Shown: positions 9,022-19,352 of the stretch, piece by piece | How positions within the stretch are numbered: the stretch's first letter is position 1 | How the letters are laid out: each line of letters begins with the position of its first letter | Virus record (IMG/VR): IMGVR_UViG_3300022748_000181 | Location: 1-59,688 of that record | Direction: 5' to 3' (one strand) | Length of the DNA: 59,688 nt | DNA from: a virus | Lineage: Duplodnaviria; Caudoviricetes | Program-made: the position numbers and the translations under genes | The notes under the pieces: model-generated | The model's database searches: none | The model's input: only the letters and a program-made list of their open reading frames with translations | What the model was told of the DNA's origin: nothing

Positions 9022-10312
9022 TTGAGTCCCACCATTCTAACACTTGCGGACGTTTAGCAAGTATCTCACGCATTGTAATTGATTGTGTACGTATTTGTTC
9101 TAATTTTAACACACGCTGTTTGCCTTTAGCAACTGCTGCTTGATATTCATTTGGCCACTGTTCAGCAAACGTGGGTCTAGTTTTTAGCTGGACTAAGATA
9201 TCCCTCAAGGCGCCGCCAGAGCCTTTTAACTGGTCGGTTATCTCGTCTACCCACGGATGTAAAATCTCTCTAGGTAGTGCAAGCGGTGACATAACTATGT
9301 CCGGACTAAAACTAAAAATTACTTTCGCCAAAACTTGTACGGAGAGGGCTGCGGACAATCTGTCAATGCATTCAACCTCAAACATTCCTGGCAAGGTAAG
9401 GGTGAAATCGATTCGCATCTGTCTAGGATGAGTTGAATGCGATACTCCTTCAGAGAAGTTCTTAAGCCAACTATCGTAGTCGAGGCCTGTTCTAATGTAT
9501 TCTCCAATCGCGCCTGTTCCGTCGAGCGATGCACATATCTGCCAGTCGCGTAACTTGCTAAGGATGTCGCGATAAAGATTAACCCCGCGATAGTCCACTC
9601 TTGATAGGTTAGTGTTATACCTTGCATAAACATTTTTTCCGTCCCCTAGTTCTATTATGCGTTGCATATAGCGCCAGTGTTGTTCATACATAAGAGGTTC
9701 GCCGCCAACCCAGTAGACCTCTTCAACACGGTGCTCTTCTACTGCTTGACTAAACTCTGCTTCGACCTCATGGTCTTGAAATCTCTCAATCTGCTTCTTG
9801 ACTTCAGGTTGCATCCAAATATTCTTTGGATTGGACCAATCTATCATGTTATGTTGTTTTTGCTCAGTCTCCCAACTACTACTCAACATGTCACCACAAG
9901 TACGACATTTGAAATTACATAGATTGGTAAACCTATAATCCCAACTAACAGGCTTCATTGTAGTGAATCCTGTATCGTCTGTACTTTCTAATACTTGTAT
10001 GTACTTATGGCCAAACAGGCTGTCAAAATAGCTGCGGTAAACACTGGTATTCAACAGTTTATCATTACATACCTCGCACTCTGGGAGGGTTTCCCCACAT
10101 AGCATACGTAGGCGCACGGAACGCATGTGCTCCCCATTCCAGTGTTCGTCCAGCGTGATAGGTATATACTTGCCACTGCCAGCAGCGGTGTCGATATACT
10201 GTTGAAAGTTTTGTGCAGGCTCTCTGCTGGCACAGCACATCCTGCGTTCTGTTTGTGGGCTTAGATACGTATGCACCCAGGGCGCAAGGCAAAGTGTTTG
10301 TGGTTTACTCAT
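9008..10312 (-). CDS. Radical SAM protein with N-terminal Cys-rich (SPASM/Twitch-like) domain
   Basis: CNFKCRTC motif, GGEPL, YNTN; N-terminal CLAPW...CC...CEVC; probable start MSKPQ at 10312. Confidence 0.88.
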   Translation of the reverse strand: MSKPQTLCLAPWVHTYLSPQTERRMCCASREPAQNFQQYIDTAAGSGKYIPITLDEHWNGEHMRSVRLRMLCGETLPECEVCNDKLLNTSVYRSYFDSLFGHKYIQVLESTDDTGFTTMKPVSWDYRFTNLCNFKCRTCGDMLSSSWETEQKQHNMIDWSNPKNIWMQPEVKKQIERFQDHEVEAEFSQAVEEHRVEEVYWVGGEPLMYEQHWRYMQRIIELGDGKNVYARYNTNLSRVDYRGVNLYRDILSKLRDWQICASLDGTGAIGEYIRTGLDYDSWLKNFSEGVSHSTHPRQMRIDFTLTLPGMFEVECIDRLSAALSVQVLAKVIFSFSPDIVMSPLALPREILHPWVDEITDQLKGSGGALRDILVQLKTRPTFAEQWPNEYQAAVAKGKQRVLKLEQIRTQSITMREILAKRPQVLEWWDSIGIS

Positions 10313-10553
10313 ATAAAAATCTACTATTACCACGCAGTAGCATAAAAGACATCAGGTCTTCTCTCACCTTATAACGTGCATGATACCTCAATCCAATTAC
10401 TTCCCATTGTGCTGGATTTTGTTTTTCAATCCAGTCCCCGACTGAGTATCGACACTCGATGCAATACCAGACTCCTGCATCGTTTGTTTGCACAGTAACA
10501 AACGAATCGTCGACAGTAAGATATCGATATGCTTGACCGCTGCCAGATTCCAT
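10305..10553 (-). CDS. Small hypothetical protein (82 aa)
   Basis: Start overlaps the upstream stop (TAATG); fills the gap between two radical SAM genes. Confidence 0.65.
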   Translation of the reverse strand: MESGSGQAYRYLTVDDSFVTVQTNDAGVWYCIECRYSVGDWIEKQNPAQWEVIGLRYHARYKVREDLMSFMLLRGNSRFLYE

Positions 10554-11770
10554 TAGTACCCCATGGCTTTTGCTATTTCTGGATGAGTATCCATGAAGGT
10601 TTGTTTACGGTATTCGTCAGTGCGTTTCATTTTTTCTAAGAACTCAGTACCGTCGCTACCCGGTCCGTTTTCAATGAAGTTAACTACATTGTTAATTTCT
10701 TGTTGGTACTTATTGGTAGTCCAAAATGTTGTCTTTAGTTTGTTTAATACCAGCTCGCGGGCAGCAGGAGTCATATACTGTATGCTCATATGATCTGGGC
10801 TATGTAGCATGTTGAAGTAGATACTACCAAATTCCTTAGTGTCTGCCCAAGCTAGCAGTTCATCTAAGTAGTAGACGTTCTGTATGTTGATGGTAAAGCA
10901 AAGTTGTGTAGTAATGTTGTGGGTGTCTACACCCTGTGCCCAATGAATGCCATCAATAATTAAGTTTGCTTCGTCCCACTTTGCGCCGTAACGTTCATAT
11001 TCAAAACGTGCACCCACGTTATCAACGCTAAACGCAATATCCACACGCCCAAACTCATTCCAGACCCAAGACTTATCCATGCTCAATACATCAATACTTG
11101 CGTTTGTATTGTAGTGAATATCAATGTGCTTGCTATCCCCTGTCTGCACAGCATGGCGCAACAAGTCCCAGTGTTCTTCAATAAGCCAAGGTTCGCCACC
11201 TGTGAACTCAAAATATTTAATGTTAGGCAGCAGAGCTTTCAAGTTTTCCCAAAAGTCCGGACTTTCTTCAGGCCATTTACCTTGCTTGAGCCATTGATAT
11301 GCAATGTGACTTTTCTTATCCACTGTTGGAGGTAGGTATGCCATTTCTTCTGTGGCCCACTTGCTACTGCTCCAACTACCACAGATTCTGCATTTGAGAT
11401 TGCAGATGTTGCCAAGTTTGAGATCAACGAACCACAATTGGTCAGGGTCATCATTGTCCCAGTCAACCTTTGCGTATAACTCCTTGAGTCGAACTTGACT
11501 GTGTATTCTCTTGCTATCCCGTCCTGATGCCTCTTCCACCCAACATCTAGAACAAGTACTTGGCTGCTCTCCCCTACGAAACTGTTGTCGCAAAGATTGC
11601 ATGTAATTGCTGTGATAAATTTCTTCAAGGGTAGTGGTACGCAACGAATACGGTACGCCGTGGTCATCTTTAATTTCCTCTTGCGCTAAACAACATGGGC
11701 GTGATGTACCCATTGGGCTTGCTTCTATGCTGATCCATGGCAGCATACAAATAGTACTTGGTAGTGTCAT
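10553..11770 (-). CDS. Radical SAM protein with N-terminal Cys-rich domain
   Basis: CNLKCRIC, TGGEP, YNTN; N-terminal CMLPW...PCC...CSRC. Confidence 0.9.
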   Translation of the reverse strand: MTLPSTICMLPWISIEASPMGTSRPCCLAQEEIKDDHGVPYSLRTTTLEEIYHSNYMQSLRQQFRRGEQPSTCSRCWVEEASGRDSKRIHSQVRLKELYAKVDWDNDDPDQLWFVDLKLGNICNLKCRICGSWSSSKWATEEMAYLPPTVDKKSHIAYQWLKQGKWPEESPDFWENLKALLPNIKYFEFTGGEPWLIEEHWDLLRHAVQTGDSKHIDIHYNTNASIDVLSMDKSWVWNEFGRVDIAFSVDNVGARFEYERYGAKWDEANLIIDGIHWAQGVDTHNITTQLCFTINIQNVYYLDELLAWADTKEFGSIYFNMLHSPDHMSIQYMTPAARELVLNKLKTTFWTTNKYQQEINNVVNFIENGPGSDGTEFLEKMKRTDEYRKQTFMDTHPEIAKAMGY

Positions 11771-13089
11771 TTTTCTAATGCTCGCTTGATTTCCGGGAAA
11801 ACGTCCCAGAATTTTTCATTTCTAATTTTATCAAGTTTAGCTGTTTCTTCGATAAAACGTGTCCATTCGTTGCTGTTATCAATTGCATTTACAAAACTCA
11901 GCATGCTCTTAAATCCACTGGTTGCACGATTTAATGCATCCTGCGGTTCCAACCATTCAATGTGTTTGTTATATGCAGGAGTAATGTAATCGTCCTTAAA
12001 CCACTGTGGGAAAATATCCGCACGATACCACTTGCTGTCCTGGCAAATATTAATATTAAAATCTTTCGGATGAATAAGACCTAAGTCGCTCCATTCTCTA
12101 TGAAAATCTAATACATGCAACACATTCATTGAGCTAATAGTTGCACTAACATAAAAGTCCACGTGGGGCACTTCGTCGATCATGCGTTGACGATTTTCTA
12201 ATACCTGTTTCCAATCAGTGCCTTTACGGATTAATTCTGCCCGGTCACCGCTGGCGTCAAGACTTGCACCAACACTGACATTCTTAAAGTGTTTCCAGTA
12301 CTCAAATACATGCTTATCTTTAAAATGCAATTCGCTAAAGTTTGTGTTGTACTGTAAACGTATATCTGTCTTACCATGCTCGATTAGTTTTTCAAGCAGA
12401 TAGTAATGTTCTTTCATAATCAGGGGCTCGCCGCCAGCAAAGTATACCTGTTCCAGATGAGGAATGTGTTCTTCCATTTGCTGGATCATTCCGTCTTCGT
12501 CTCCTGTTGTGTATTCCACTCTATCCATAGGACGACCCAAAACATCAGGGCGTGTATTATATAACTTAATATGATCATTGTACCAGTTACTGCTGAAAAT
12601 AGGGCCACAGGAGCGACAGCGGAAATTACAGAGATTGCTGAAGCGCACATCCCAATACCTAATTTTGAACTCAGGATGCGTTCCATCGTTGTGTGTTGCA
12701 TCAATTTCTCCTATATGGTGTCCGTAGTTACGGTTAGCATCATGCCTCATACTAAATGCTCCGTGTTCTTCTCGTTCGTAACATTTATTGCATTCTTTGC
12801 AGGGCTTGTCCTGTAACATATTGGTACGCATGGTTTTGTACGCATCTTGATTCCACACTTCTGCCATGGTGTTTTTACGCAGGTCGCCTACAGGATGCCA
12901 GTAGTCTGCTAAACAGCAAGGATACGCACGACCATCAGGAAAGGCATGCATATGAACCCAAGGCAACATACAAAAAGATTTACTTTCAGTTAGTCTAGTC
13001 CATTGTTCTTCTGTTAATTTGTCACGATCGGTAAAGTACGGTGCACGAGCATTGTAGTTATACCCTTTGTTGTAAAAGTCTTTGCTCAT
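11767..13089 (-). CDS. Radical SAM protein with N-terminal Cys-rich domain
   Basis: CNFRCRSC, AGGEPL, YNTN; N-terminal CMLPW...PCC...CNKC. Confidence 0.9.
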   Translation of the reverse strand: MSKDFYNKGYNYNARAPYFTDRDKLTEEQWTRLTESKSFCMLPWVHMHAFPDGRAYPCCLADYWHPVGDLRKNTMAEVWNQDAYKTMRTNMLQDKPCKECNKCYEREEHGAFSMRHDANRNYGHHIGEIDATHNDGTHPEFKIRYWDVRFSNLCNFRCRSCGPIFSSNWYNDHIKLYNTRPDVLGRPMDRVEYTTGDEDGMIQQMEEHIPHLEQVYFAGGEPLIMKEHYYLLEKLIEHGKTDIRLQYNTNFSELHFKDKHVFEYWKHFKNVSVGASLDASGDRAELIRKGTDWKQVLENRQRMIDEVPHVDFYVSATISSMNVLHVLDFHREWSDLGLIHPKDFNINICQDSKWYRADIFPQWFKDDYITPAYNKHIEWLEPQDALNRATSGFKSMLSFVNAIDNSNEWTRFIEETAKLDKIRNEKFWDVFPEIKRALEK

Positions 13090-14435
13090 AAGTTGTTGTA
13101 CCAGTCTGCTAGTTCAGGAAATGTTGTGCAGAAGTCTTTGCCCCTGCGTTGATCGTATTGTGTGAAAAACTGTTTGAAATCGTTTTGCAATACTGATAGT
13201 TCTGCTGCACCTTCATGCGGCTGACTTACAATGTCTACATAGGCTATTAATCTTGCCAGTTGATTCTTTTCATACTCGTGCATTAAGCCAGAGTCTGCAT
13301 AGCTCTTATAGAACTTGCCTAAATTGGCTGCATACTGGTCACGGATACTTTCTGGTAGGATAGTAAGTGATTGAAAACTTGGAAAGCGCAAGATATTTAG
13401 CGAGAAATTGATAGCATCCTTGCCATACTCAAGTTTCCAGTTCATTACCATTTCAAGGAAGCTGTCTAAGCTGCTTAGGCACAATGCATTGACTGTACAC
13501 ATCACATGCAGTCCACGGAACTTGCCACTGTCTAGTAGTCGCTCTACGTTGTTAGCCCAGTCGTCAAAGTTAATACCATCTCGAATATACTCTGCCTGCA
13601 AGCCAATTGATTCGTTACTGGTGTACAAGTCAACTTCTACACCGTCTATGCTGTCTAACAAACGATCGATATCTACTTCTGTGCCTAGATTGCTGTTAAT
13701 GGCTAGTCGTGTCTTGCTCTTGCCTTTGTTGATCTTAAACCAATCGATCAGCTTCCAGGTCTCGCCTGACATTAGTGGTTCCCCACCTGTTATTCGAAGT
13801 TCTTTAAGGGTTCGGTGTAAGTCACTTTCCCACCAGGCGTGAAACGCTTCCACATAAGGATTAACCTGACCGAATTTATACAGTTGACTATTATCATGAC
13901 TGTGAGTAAAATGGTTCCGGCCATCACTAACCAGCCCTGTGTATGCCCCATTGCGTTTAATGTCGTTAACCCATGTAGTACTAAAAGCTGGGTTACAGTA
14001 GCTACAAGCAAACTGGCAAGTACGGTCAAAAGCAATTTCCAGGGTTTGTAAGTTGACGTCGTTGGACGCTGGCAAACGAAATGCATCATCTAAATCCTTA
14101 TCTTCATATATAACTGTTTTGTAAACGCGGTCACTGATACTGTCTTTGCCTATATCTTCGATTTTCCAACAGTATTCGCACCCACTTGGGCGTTCGCCCT
14201 TTTGCATCTGTTCACGTTCCATTTTCTTTTTAGAAGTGTTGTGCAGTGCTTTAGGATTTGTTTTAAGTTCTTCTACATCAATGGCATGGGGCAATGGATG
14301 ATGGCAGCTAGTTGTTTGACCACTGCCTAACCATATGGTAGCGTTGTACCACTTGGCGGCACAGAATGATTCTGACTTAATGTCAATCACTCTACGTTTG
14401 TATTCTATGTCTGATTCGTTGGTTAGTTTAGGCAT
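13086..14435 (-). CDS. Radical SAM protein with N-terminal Cys/His domain
   Basis: CQFACSYC, TGGEPL; N-terminal CAAKW...SCHH...CEYC. Confidence 0.9.
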   Translation of the reverse strand: MPKLTNESDIEYKRRVIDIKSESFCAAKWYNATIWLGSGQTTSCHHPLPHAIDVEELKTNPKALHNTSKKKMEREQMQKGERPSGCEYCWKIEDIGKDSISDRVYKTVIYEDKDLDDAFRLPASNDVNLQTLEIAFDRTCQFACSYCNPAFSTTWVNDIKRNGAYTGLVSDGRNHFTHSHDNSQLYKFGQVNPYVEAFHAWWESDLHRTLKELRITGGEPLMSGETWKLIDWFKINKGKSKTRLAINSNLGTEVDIDRLLDSIDGVEVDLYTSNESIGLQAEYIRDGINFDDWANNVERLLDSGKFRGLHVMCTVNALCLSSLDSFLEMVMNWKLEYGKDAINFSLNILRFPSFQSLTILPESIRDQYAANLGKFYKSYADSGLMHEYEKNQLARLIAYVDIVSQPHEGAAELSVLQNDFKQFFTQYDQRRGKDFCTTFPELADWYNNL

Positions 14436-14438
14436 CTG

Positions 14439-15158
14439 TTATTTTAACATGTTTAGTATTCTGTTTGCAAGTTTCTCAAATTCGGTTCTCCTAGGATGCA
14501 TACCGTCTGGAAAATTAACATGATCTTTAGTTAAGTCTTGTAACGCTTCGCCGCGCTCAATTTCTGTTAAAACCTGTTCTATACCATTGGGTTTTAAATA
14601 GTCGTATACTGCATCAACCCCGTCATACTTTAAAAAATTATGAGGTACTGAATCAAGTGCTAACAATTCTTTAAGCCAACTATAGATCTTTATTTGAGCG
14701 AAAGCAAAGTTATCAATTGTGTGATCTAATTTACCTACTCCACCGATTACAATAAATGGAATATCGAATCTTTCAAATATTTCTCTTTGGGCGTATTGAT
14801 AATTACACAGATTTACATACTGCATAGCATCAACAAAGCTCTTGCCTTGTATGTTTGGATACTGTTGCTGCCCTGCCTCTACTTGATTAAGAACAAATTG
14901 CACTATGTCACGCACCGGCTCAGTATGGAACCAAATTATGTAATCATAGTCCGAATTCTCTGTCATTAGTTTGTGGCAAGCGTATCTTAATTGCCCAAAG
15001 TTTCCTTCACCGCCGTAGGACAAGTTATTTACAGTATGCCCAAACTTTTTCAAGTAAAAATCTAAACCGGTGTTTGGTATCGACACACAACCTCTCGTGT
15101 CGTTTGTTAGCCGCCATTCTCCGACTCCCCAACTATCTCCAATGATTAAAAATTTCAT
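14439..15158 (-). CDS. SGNH/GDSL-like protein
   Basis: IGDSWG, NLSYGGEGN, C-terminal DGMHP. Confidence 0.7.
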   Translation of the reverse strand: MKFLIIGDSWGVGEWRLTNDTRGCVSIPNTGLDFYLKKFGHTVNNLSYGGEGNFGQLRYACHKLMTENSDYDYIIWFHTEPVRDIVQFVLNQVEAGQQQYPNIQGKSFVDAMQYVNLCNYQYAQREIFERFDIPFIVIGGVGKLDHTIDNFAFAQIKIYSWLKELLALDSVPHNFLKYDGVDAVYDYLKPNGIEQVLTEIERGEALQDLTKDHVNFPDGMHPRRTEFEKLANRILNMLK

Positions 15159-16537
15159 TGCTGTGCGTAATACTTACACTCATCCCAAAACTCTTTCATT
15201 GTTGGGAAAGTCTTTAAAAAGTCAGTGCCGCGTCTTGTATCATGATGATTAAAGAAACGGTAAAAGTCAGCACGTTGGGCATTGATATAAACTGTATCTA
15301 ATTTGCTGCCTTCTTTCATCCAATCTATGTCTCGGCGCATACGCTGTATCTCATAGTCTTTGAAACCTTGGAATGGCCTGTCTGTGGTTTCTCTATTTGT
15401 CTCCATCCAGTCTGCTACACGTTCTAATACACCAACGTATACCGAAGGTAGTATTTGCAAACTCTGCCAACTCGGAGTACGCAATAAAGGAGTATCAAAC
15501 CAAACTCGTTGGTAAGTCTTGCTATGATGTTTTCGTAAAGCCAGAATCCATTCAAGCTGTTGTTGTAGTCCCAAAATGCCGAGATTGTTCATAGTAATAA
15601 TGAATGTAAGACTGTTGCGGTACGGAATTTCTTCTAAGTACCTATTCACGTTCCACACAACACGTTCAAATGACATGCCATGTCTAATGTATTCGGCTTG
15701 CTTCCGATTCCCTGAGTCCAAACTAACATACTGCATGAAATGCTCAATCTGTGTGTTGCACAAACGTTTTACATAATCAAGATACTGATCCATCAGCTTA
15801 GGCTCTACGCTGAAGTTGCTGGTTACATTCAAATGCAGGTCGGGTTTGGGCATAGCCAACACATAGTCAAATACCTTGTAAGTATTTTTGTCCATTAGTG
15901 GCTCGCCGCCTGTCATGCGGAAGTGTTTAAGTTTAGGATATAATGCGGGCCACCATTCCCAAAAAGCATCAACGTATGGATTATCCTCACGATGGGGGAT
16001 AGGTCGTCGAGCACCCGTAAAATGAGCGGGGTCATTATGGGGAATACTAGTGGGAAATGCTCCGTGTCTAGCAACTTCGTCAGCCCAACTGCTGCTAAAC
16101 TGAGGGCTGCAATAACTACACTTAAGGTTACAAGCGTGATTAAAATTGACTTCCACATAACTTGGAATCGTATCTTCTTGTCCTGTGCTATTTCTAATTT
16201 CGTCATAGTGTTCTGCTGCCCACGGCTCTCCGCTTCTGTAATGTCTATCACTTAGTTGATTGTGTGCTTCGATGTTCCAGCAATAGCTGCACTCGCTAGG
16301 CTTTTCATCCTTCAACATGATCACACGCTGTTGCTTCTTGTGTTCGGTGTTGTGCAATGCACTGGGATTGACCTTTACTGCATCTGCATCAATTTGGTGC
16401 AAGGGAGGATGATAGCAACTGTTGTTTAGCCCAGTCGGAAGATGCAGGCTTACTTGCTTCCATTTAGCCAGGCAAAGTGCAGGACCCAAGTTGTCCTTCA
16501 TAAATTCTGCACTGGCCATGAAATTGCTTTTACTCAC
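15155..16537 (-). CDS. Radical SAM protein with N-terminal Cys/His domain
   Basis: CNLKCSYC, TGGEPL; N-terminal CLAKW...SCYH...CSYC; close paralog of 13086..14435. Confidence 0.9.
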   Translation of the reverse strand: MSKSNFMASAEFMKDNLGPALCLAKWKQVSLHLPTGLNNSCYHPPLHQIDADAVKVNPSALHNTEHKKQQRVIMLKDEKPSECSYCWNIEAHNQLSDRHYRSGEPWAAEHYDEIRNSTGQEDTIPSYVEVNFNHACNLKCSYCSPQFSSSWADEVARHGAFPTSIPHNDPAHFTGARRPIPHREDNPYVDAFWEWWPALYPKLKHFRMTGGEPLMDKNTYKVFDYVLAMPKPDLHLNVTSNFSVEPKLMDQYLDYVKRLCNTQIEHFMQYVSLDSGNRKQAEYIRHGMSFERVVWNVNRYLEEIPYRNSLTFIITMNNLGILGLQQQLEWILALRKHHSKTYQRVWFDTPLLRTPSWQSLQILPSVYVGVLERVADWMETNRETTDRPFQGFKDYEIQRMRRDIDWMKEGSKLDTVYINAQRADFYRFFNHHDTRRGTDFLKTFPTMKEFWDECKYYAQQ

Positions 16538-17432
16538 GAACCATTATTCCTTGATTTTTAAATTGACTCATGTAATGATGTTTAAAGAATCTACTTTGTT
16601 CTGCGTTTAAAGAAGTAATAGGCAATCCCAATCTGGTCTTTAAGGCATGATCAACTTCGAACGTAAAGTCTTCTCCCATGTACTCTGCTGTGTTATACTT
16701 TTCCCAGAGTTCTTCAAGTTTTGCAAAATTTTGGACTTCTGTGTAATCCCAATCGGTTAACATGGTAAGGTACGTTCCTAGTCTGGCTCCACGGATAGCA
16801 TATGTTCCGTGATCCACGTCTTGCCCAACTGACTGCCAGATGCATAAGTTATCGTAGTTCCTAGAGACAATCCTTGAGGTGAAGTTTAAAAGGCTGGGCC
16901 TAGCTCCTCGGTCCAAACACATCTTAACACCTTCACGAAACCCTGCACGCCAGGCCTGGTAGGCACTTCCGTTTGGATATGTTGTTGAACATACATCCGC
17001 CATTGCCCAATACTTCGGGTGAAAGCAAAATTCCACAAGCGTCTCATCGGACCCGTCCGAGGCTTCGTGAGTCCGCATGCTATAAACAAAATCTTTAGTC
17101 CAACTCGAAATGCCGCCGTTTCCATACTGAAGTCCATTTATATTGTTACGTGCTCTCCATCGAAAAACGCAATCATGATTATTCGCATCCAGAGTAAGCT
17201 GCTGATTAAAAAATGCAGCATCGGGGATGTTATCTCCGTCAATGAGTATAAATCTTTCCGTATCTGAGGCATCAGCAGCGGCTTTGTGAGCTGCGTCACT
17301 ACCCAGTACTCCATCAACCCTTTTCGCCCAAGGAACAATATTCTGAATAGTGACCCAGAACTCTTCTTTTTTTGGTTCGTCATATGTTAAGTAGATGCAG
17401 TCTAAATCTGCAACATCAATTATTTCGGTCAT
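16530..17432 (-). CDS. Glycosyltransferase (GT-A fold)-like protein
   Basis: DCIYLTYDEP, RVDGVLGSDAAHKAAA, FILIDGDN (DxD), AWRAGFREGVKM; probable start MTEII at 17432. Confidence 0.65.
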   Translation of the reverse strand: MTEIIDVADLDCIYLTYDEPKKEEFWVTIQNIVPWAKRVDGVLGSDAAHKAAADASDTERFILIDGDNIPDAAFFNQQLTLDANNHDCVFRWRARNNINGLQYGNGGISSWTKDFVYSMRTHEASDGSDETLVEFCFHPKYWAMADVCSTTYPNGSAYQAWRAGFREGVKMCLDRGARPSLLNFTSRIVSRNYDNLCIWQSVGQDVDHGTYAIRGARLGTYLTMLTDWDYTEVQNFAKLEELWEKYNTAEYMGEDFTFEVDHALKTRLGLPITSLNAEQSRFFKHHYMSQFKNQGIMVRE

Positions 17433-17784
17433 AGTGCTCAACGTCTGTATATTCTTCGTCTTGATTAAGAGCAATAGCAGGGTGGTTCTTAACTACTGGT
17501 TGTCCTGTAGTTGATCTTTTAAGTCGTGACTTTAACGGTGCAGAAGGATCTAACTGTGTTAACTTGCCCTTAACCACACGCATGAGCTGTGTGTTTGCTT
17601 TGTTAAATATGTCAGGATGATCTAATACAACAAAATTGTCACCAATTGGGTGATCGTACTCCCACATACCTATTATAGTACCATCTTCATTATAGTACAA
17701 CCGATACTGTTTAAATGGTATAGGCTTTAGTCGCTCTTGCTCGGCAACCATTTCTAATGCTTTAAGAAATTCTGGATCTAGCAT
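17416..17784 (-). CDS. Hypothetical protein
   Basis: ORF overlapping both neighbours; probable start MLDPEF. Confidence 0.7.
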   Translation of the reverse strand: MLDPEFLKALEMVAEQERLKPIPFKQYRLYYNEDGTIIGMWEYDHPIGDNFVVLDHPDIFNKANTQLMRVVKGKLTQLDPSAPLKSRLKRSTTGQPVVKNHPAIALNQDEEYTDVEHYDRNN

Positions 17785-18586
17785 AGTAATCAATCATCTC
17801 GTCTGTTACAAAATCTTTTACGTAATAATGAAATGGGTGGTATTGGTTAATGTTGTTGACTCGTATCATTCCGTGGTCAAACACAGTTGTATAAACATCA
17901 CTAAATGTTTGAGTTTCTGCATACCCATTTACTGCTGGCTTCATGTGCACAAAATTAATGTAGTCAATTGGCAGTGTGCACAATTCGTTGCCAATAACTT
18001 TTGCAGCAATGGCATACACTACATCTGTCGTAGGCGTTTGGTCACATTTAACTAACTCTTGTTGCACAGAATCCCATTGTTCAAAGATTTGTCTGGCAGT
18101 AAAGAAAAAGTTTCTAGCAGTATTACTAAATCTAAAGTACATCAACCCGTTATAGACATCGGGTAAACTGTTGTTGTCAAATATTGATCTATATTCGCGG
18201 CAACTGCTTAACTTCTGCTCATAATTTCTGCACCCAGTACTTAATACAACATCACGTAATCTAAAAGTGTCCCACCAATGGTCAATACTGCGTGTAAACA
18301 ATAGGTCACTTTCTAACTTGATTGTTTCTTTAAACGGTGTTAACCAAAATGCCATGGCCTCTGCATCAAATGGGCCATTACTGTCATGCACAATAATATA
18401 ATCAAATACTGCACGATGTAGATCTGTAATCAATGCGTTGGTATTACTGTCAACTACTACTGCGTACCGATTGATCTTTTGTGTAGCTTTTACGTTTAGA
18501 GCCTGAACATATGCAAGGTGCAAATAATCAATGTCTGTGTTTTTCGCAAAGGTCAAATAACCTTGCTGTTCTTTATGCTGTGACAT
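17762..18586 (-). CDS. Nucleotide-diphospho-sugar transferase (GT8-like)
   Basis: GYLTFAKN..DY, TPFKETIKLESD, YNGLMYF, FVHMK. Confidence 0.65.
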   Translation of the reverse strand: MSQHKEQQGYLTFAKNTDIDYLHLAYVQALNVKATQKINRYAVVVDSNTNALITDLHRAVFDYIIVHDSNGPFDAEAMAFWLTPFKETIKLESDLLFTRSIDHWWDTFRLRDVVLSTGCRNYEQKLSSCREYRSIFDNNSLPDVYNGLMYFRFSNTARNFFFTARQIFEQWDSVQQELVKCDQTPTTDVVYAIAAKVIGNELCTLPIDYINFVHMKPAVNGYAETQTFSDVYTTVFDHGMIRVNNINQYHPFHYYVKDFVTDEMIDYYARSRIS

Positions 18587-19352
18587 TTTCTATAAACTTT
18601 TGAAAGTCTTCGCTTTGTAGATACCTCTTGCTCATAATATGCAAGTTTGTTCTAGGAACCACGTATGATTTAAAGTCGTCTTTGATCACTAGAAAATTGT
18701 CTTTTATTGTAATGCTGTTAATAGGCGTATCAACCGTCAACATAGTGCCAGGAATCCCTATGTCAGATACAGTATATCCATTTAAAATTATGTCTGCCAT
18801 GGAAAATGCGTAATCATTTCTAAATGAGCCACCTTGTACATTAAACAATGCTTTGTAGTATTCGTAATTGTGTTGTATTCGTTTAACTAGGTCAAAATAT
18901 TGTTTTGCTCTGTCTGTTTTTCGGAATGCAAACACTGTGGCCCATACATACGGTAAACTGTTATTGCCCATGTACTCATTGTATTCTTGAGTCAATGAGT
19001 TGCTGTGTCTGAGCAAAAGGTAATCCCACGACTGCTTAAATATCTTTAACAGATTGGTATCTTGCACAATGTAGTCAACATCAATGACCAATGTTTCATC
19101 GTAGGGACTTAGGTCGTATGCTGCACTTCTGCCAATGTTCTTCCACTGCACAAAGCTATCAGTGTCAATGCTATATCTAGTATTGTTAAACTCTGCTGCA
19201 TAGTTGTCGGAGATAACAGTATATGGTAATCCTAATATGCGGCTTGCAACAGAAAGAGTTTTTTCTGCAATCGCAACATAATCAACTTGATTAGTGTTAT
19301 AGGCAAAGGCAACTATGCCTTTAGATTTTTCTAATTTTTTTGAGTTCTGCAT
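18573..19352 (-). CDS. Nucleotide-diphospho-sugar transferase (GT8-like)
   Basis: KGIVAFAYN..VDY, SPYDETLVIDVD (DxD), WATVFAF, RNDYAFS, LHIMSK. Confidence 0.7.
   Translation of the reverse strand: MQNSKKLEKSKGIVAFAYNTNQVDYVAIAEKTLSVASRILGLPYTVISDNYAAEFNNTRYSIDTDSFVQWKNIGRSAAYDLSPYDETLVIDVDYIVQDTNLLKIFKQSWDYLLLRHSNSLTQEYNEYMGNNSLPYVWATVFAFRKTDRAKQYFDLVKRIQHNYEYYKALFNVQGGSFRNDYAFSMADIILNGYTVSDIGIPGTMLTVDTPINSITIKDNFLVIKDDFKSYVVPRTNLHIMSKRYLQSEDFQKFIENVTA

Noticed and set aside
8812-10553. Small ORFs (69 and 82 aa) flanking a radical SAM gene as RiPP precursors
   Set aside because: They look like small globular phage proteins; no leader/core pattern, and no RRE, protease or transporter in the window
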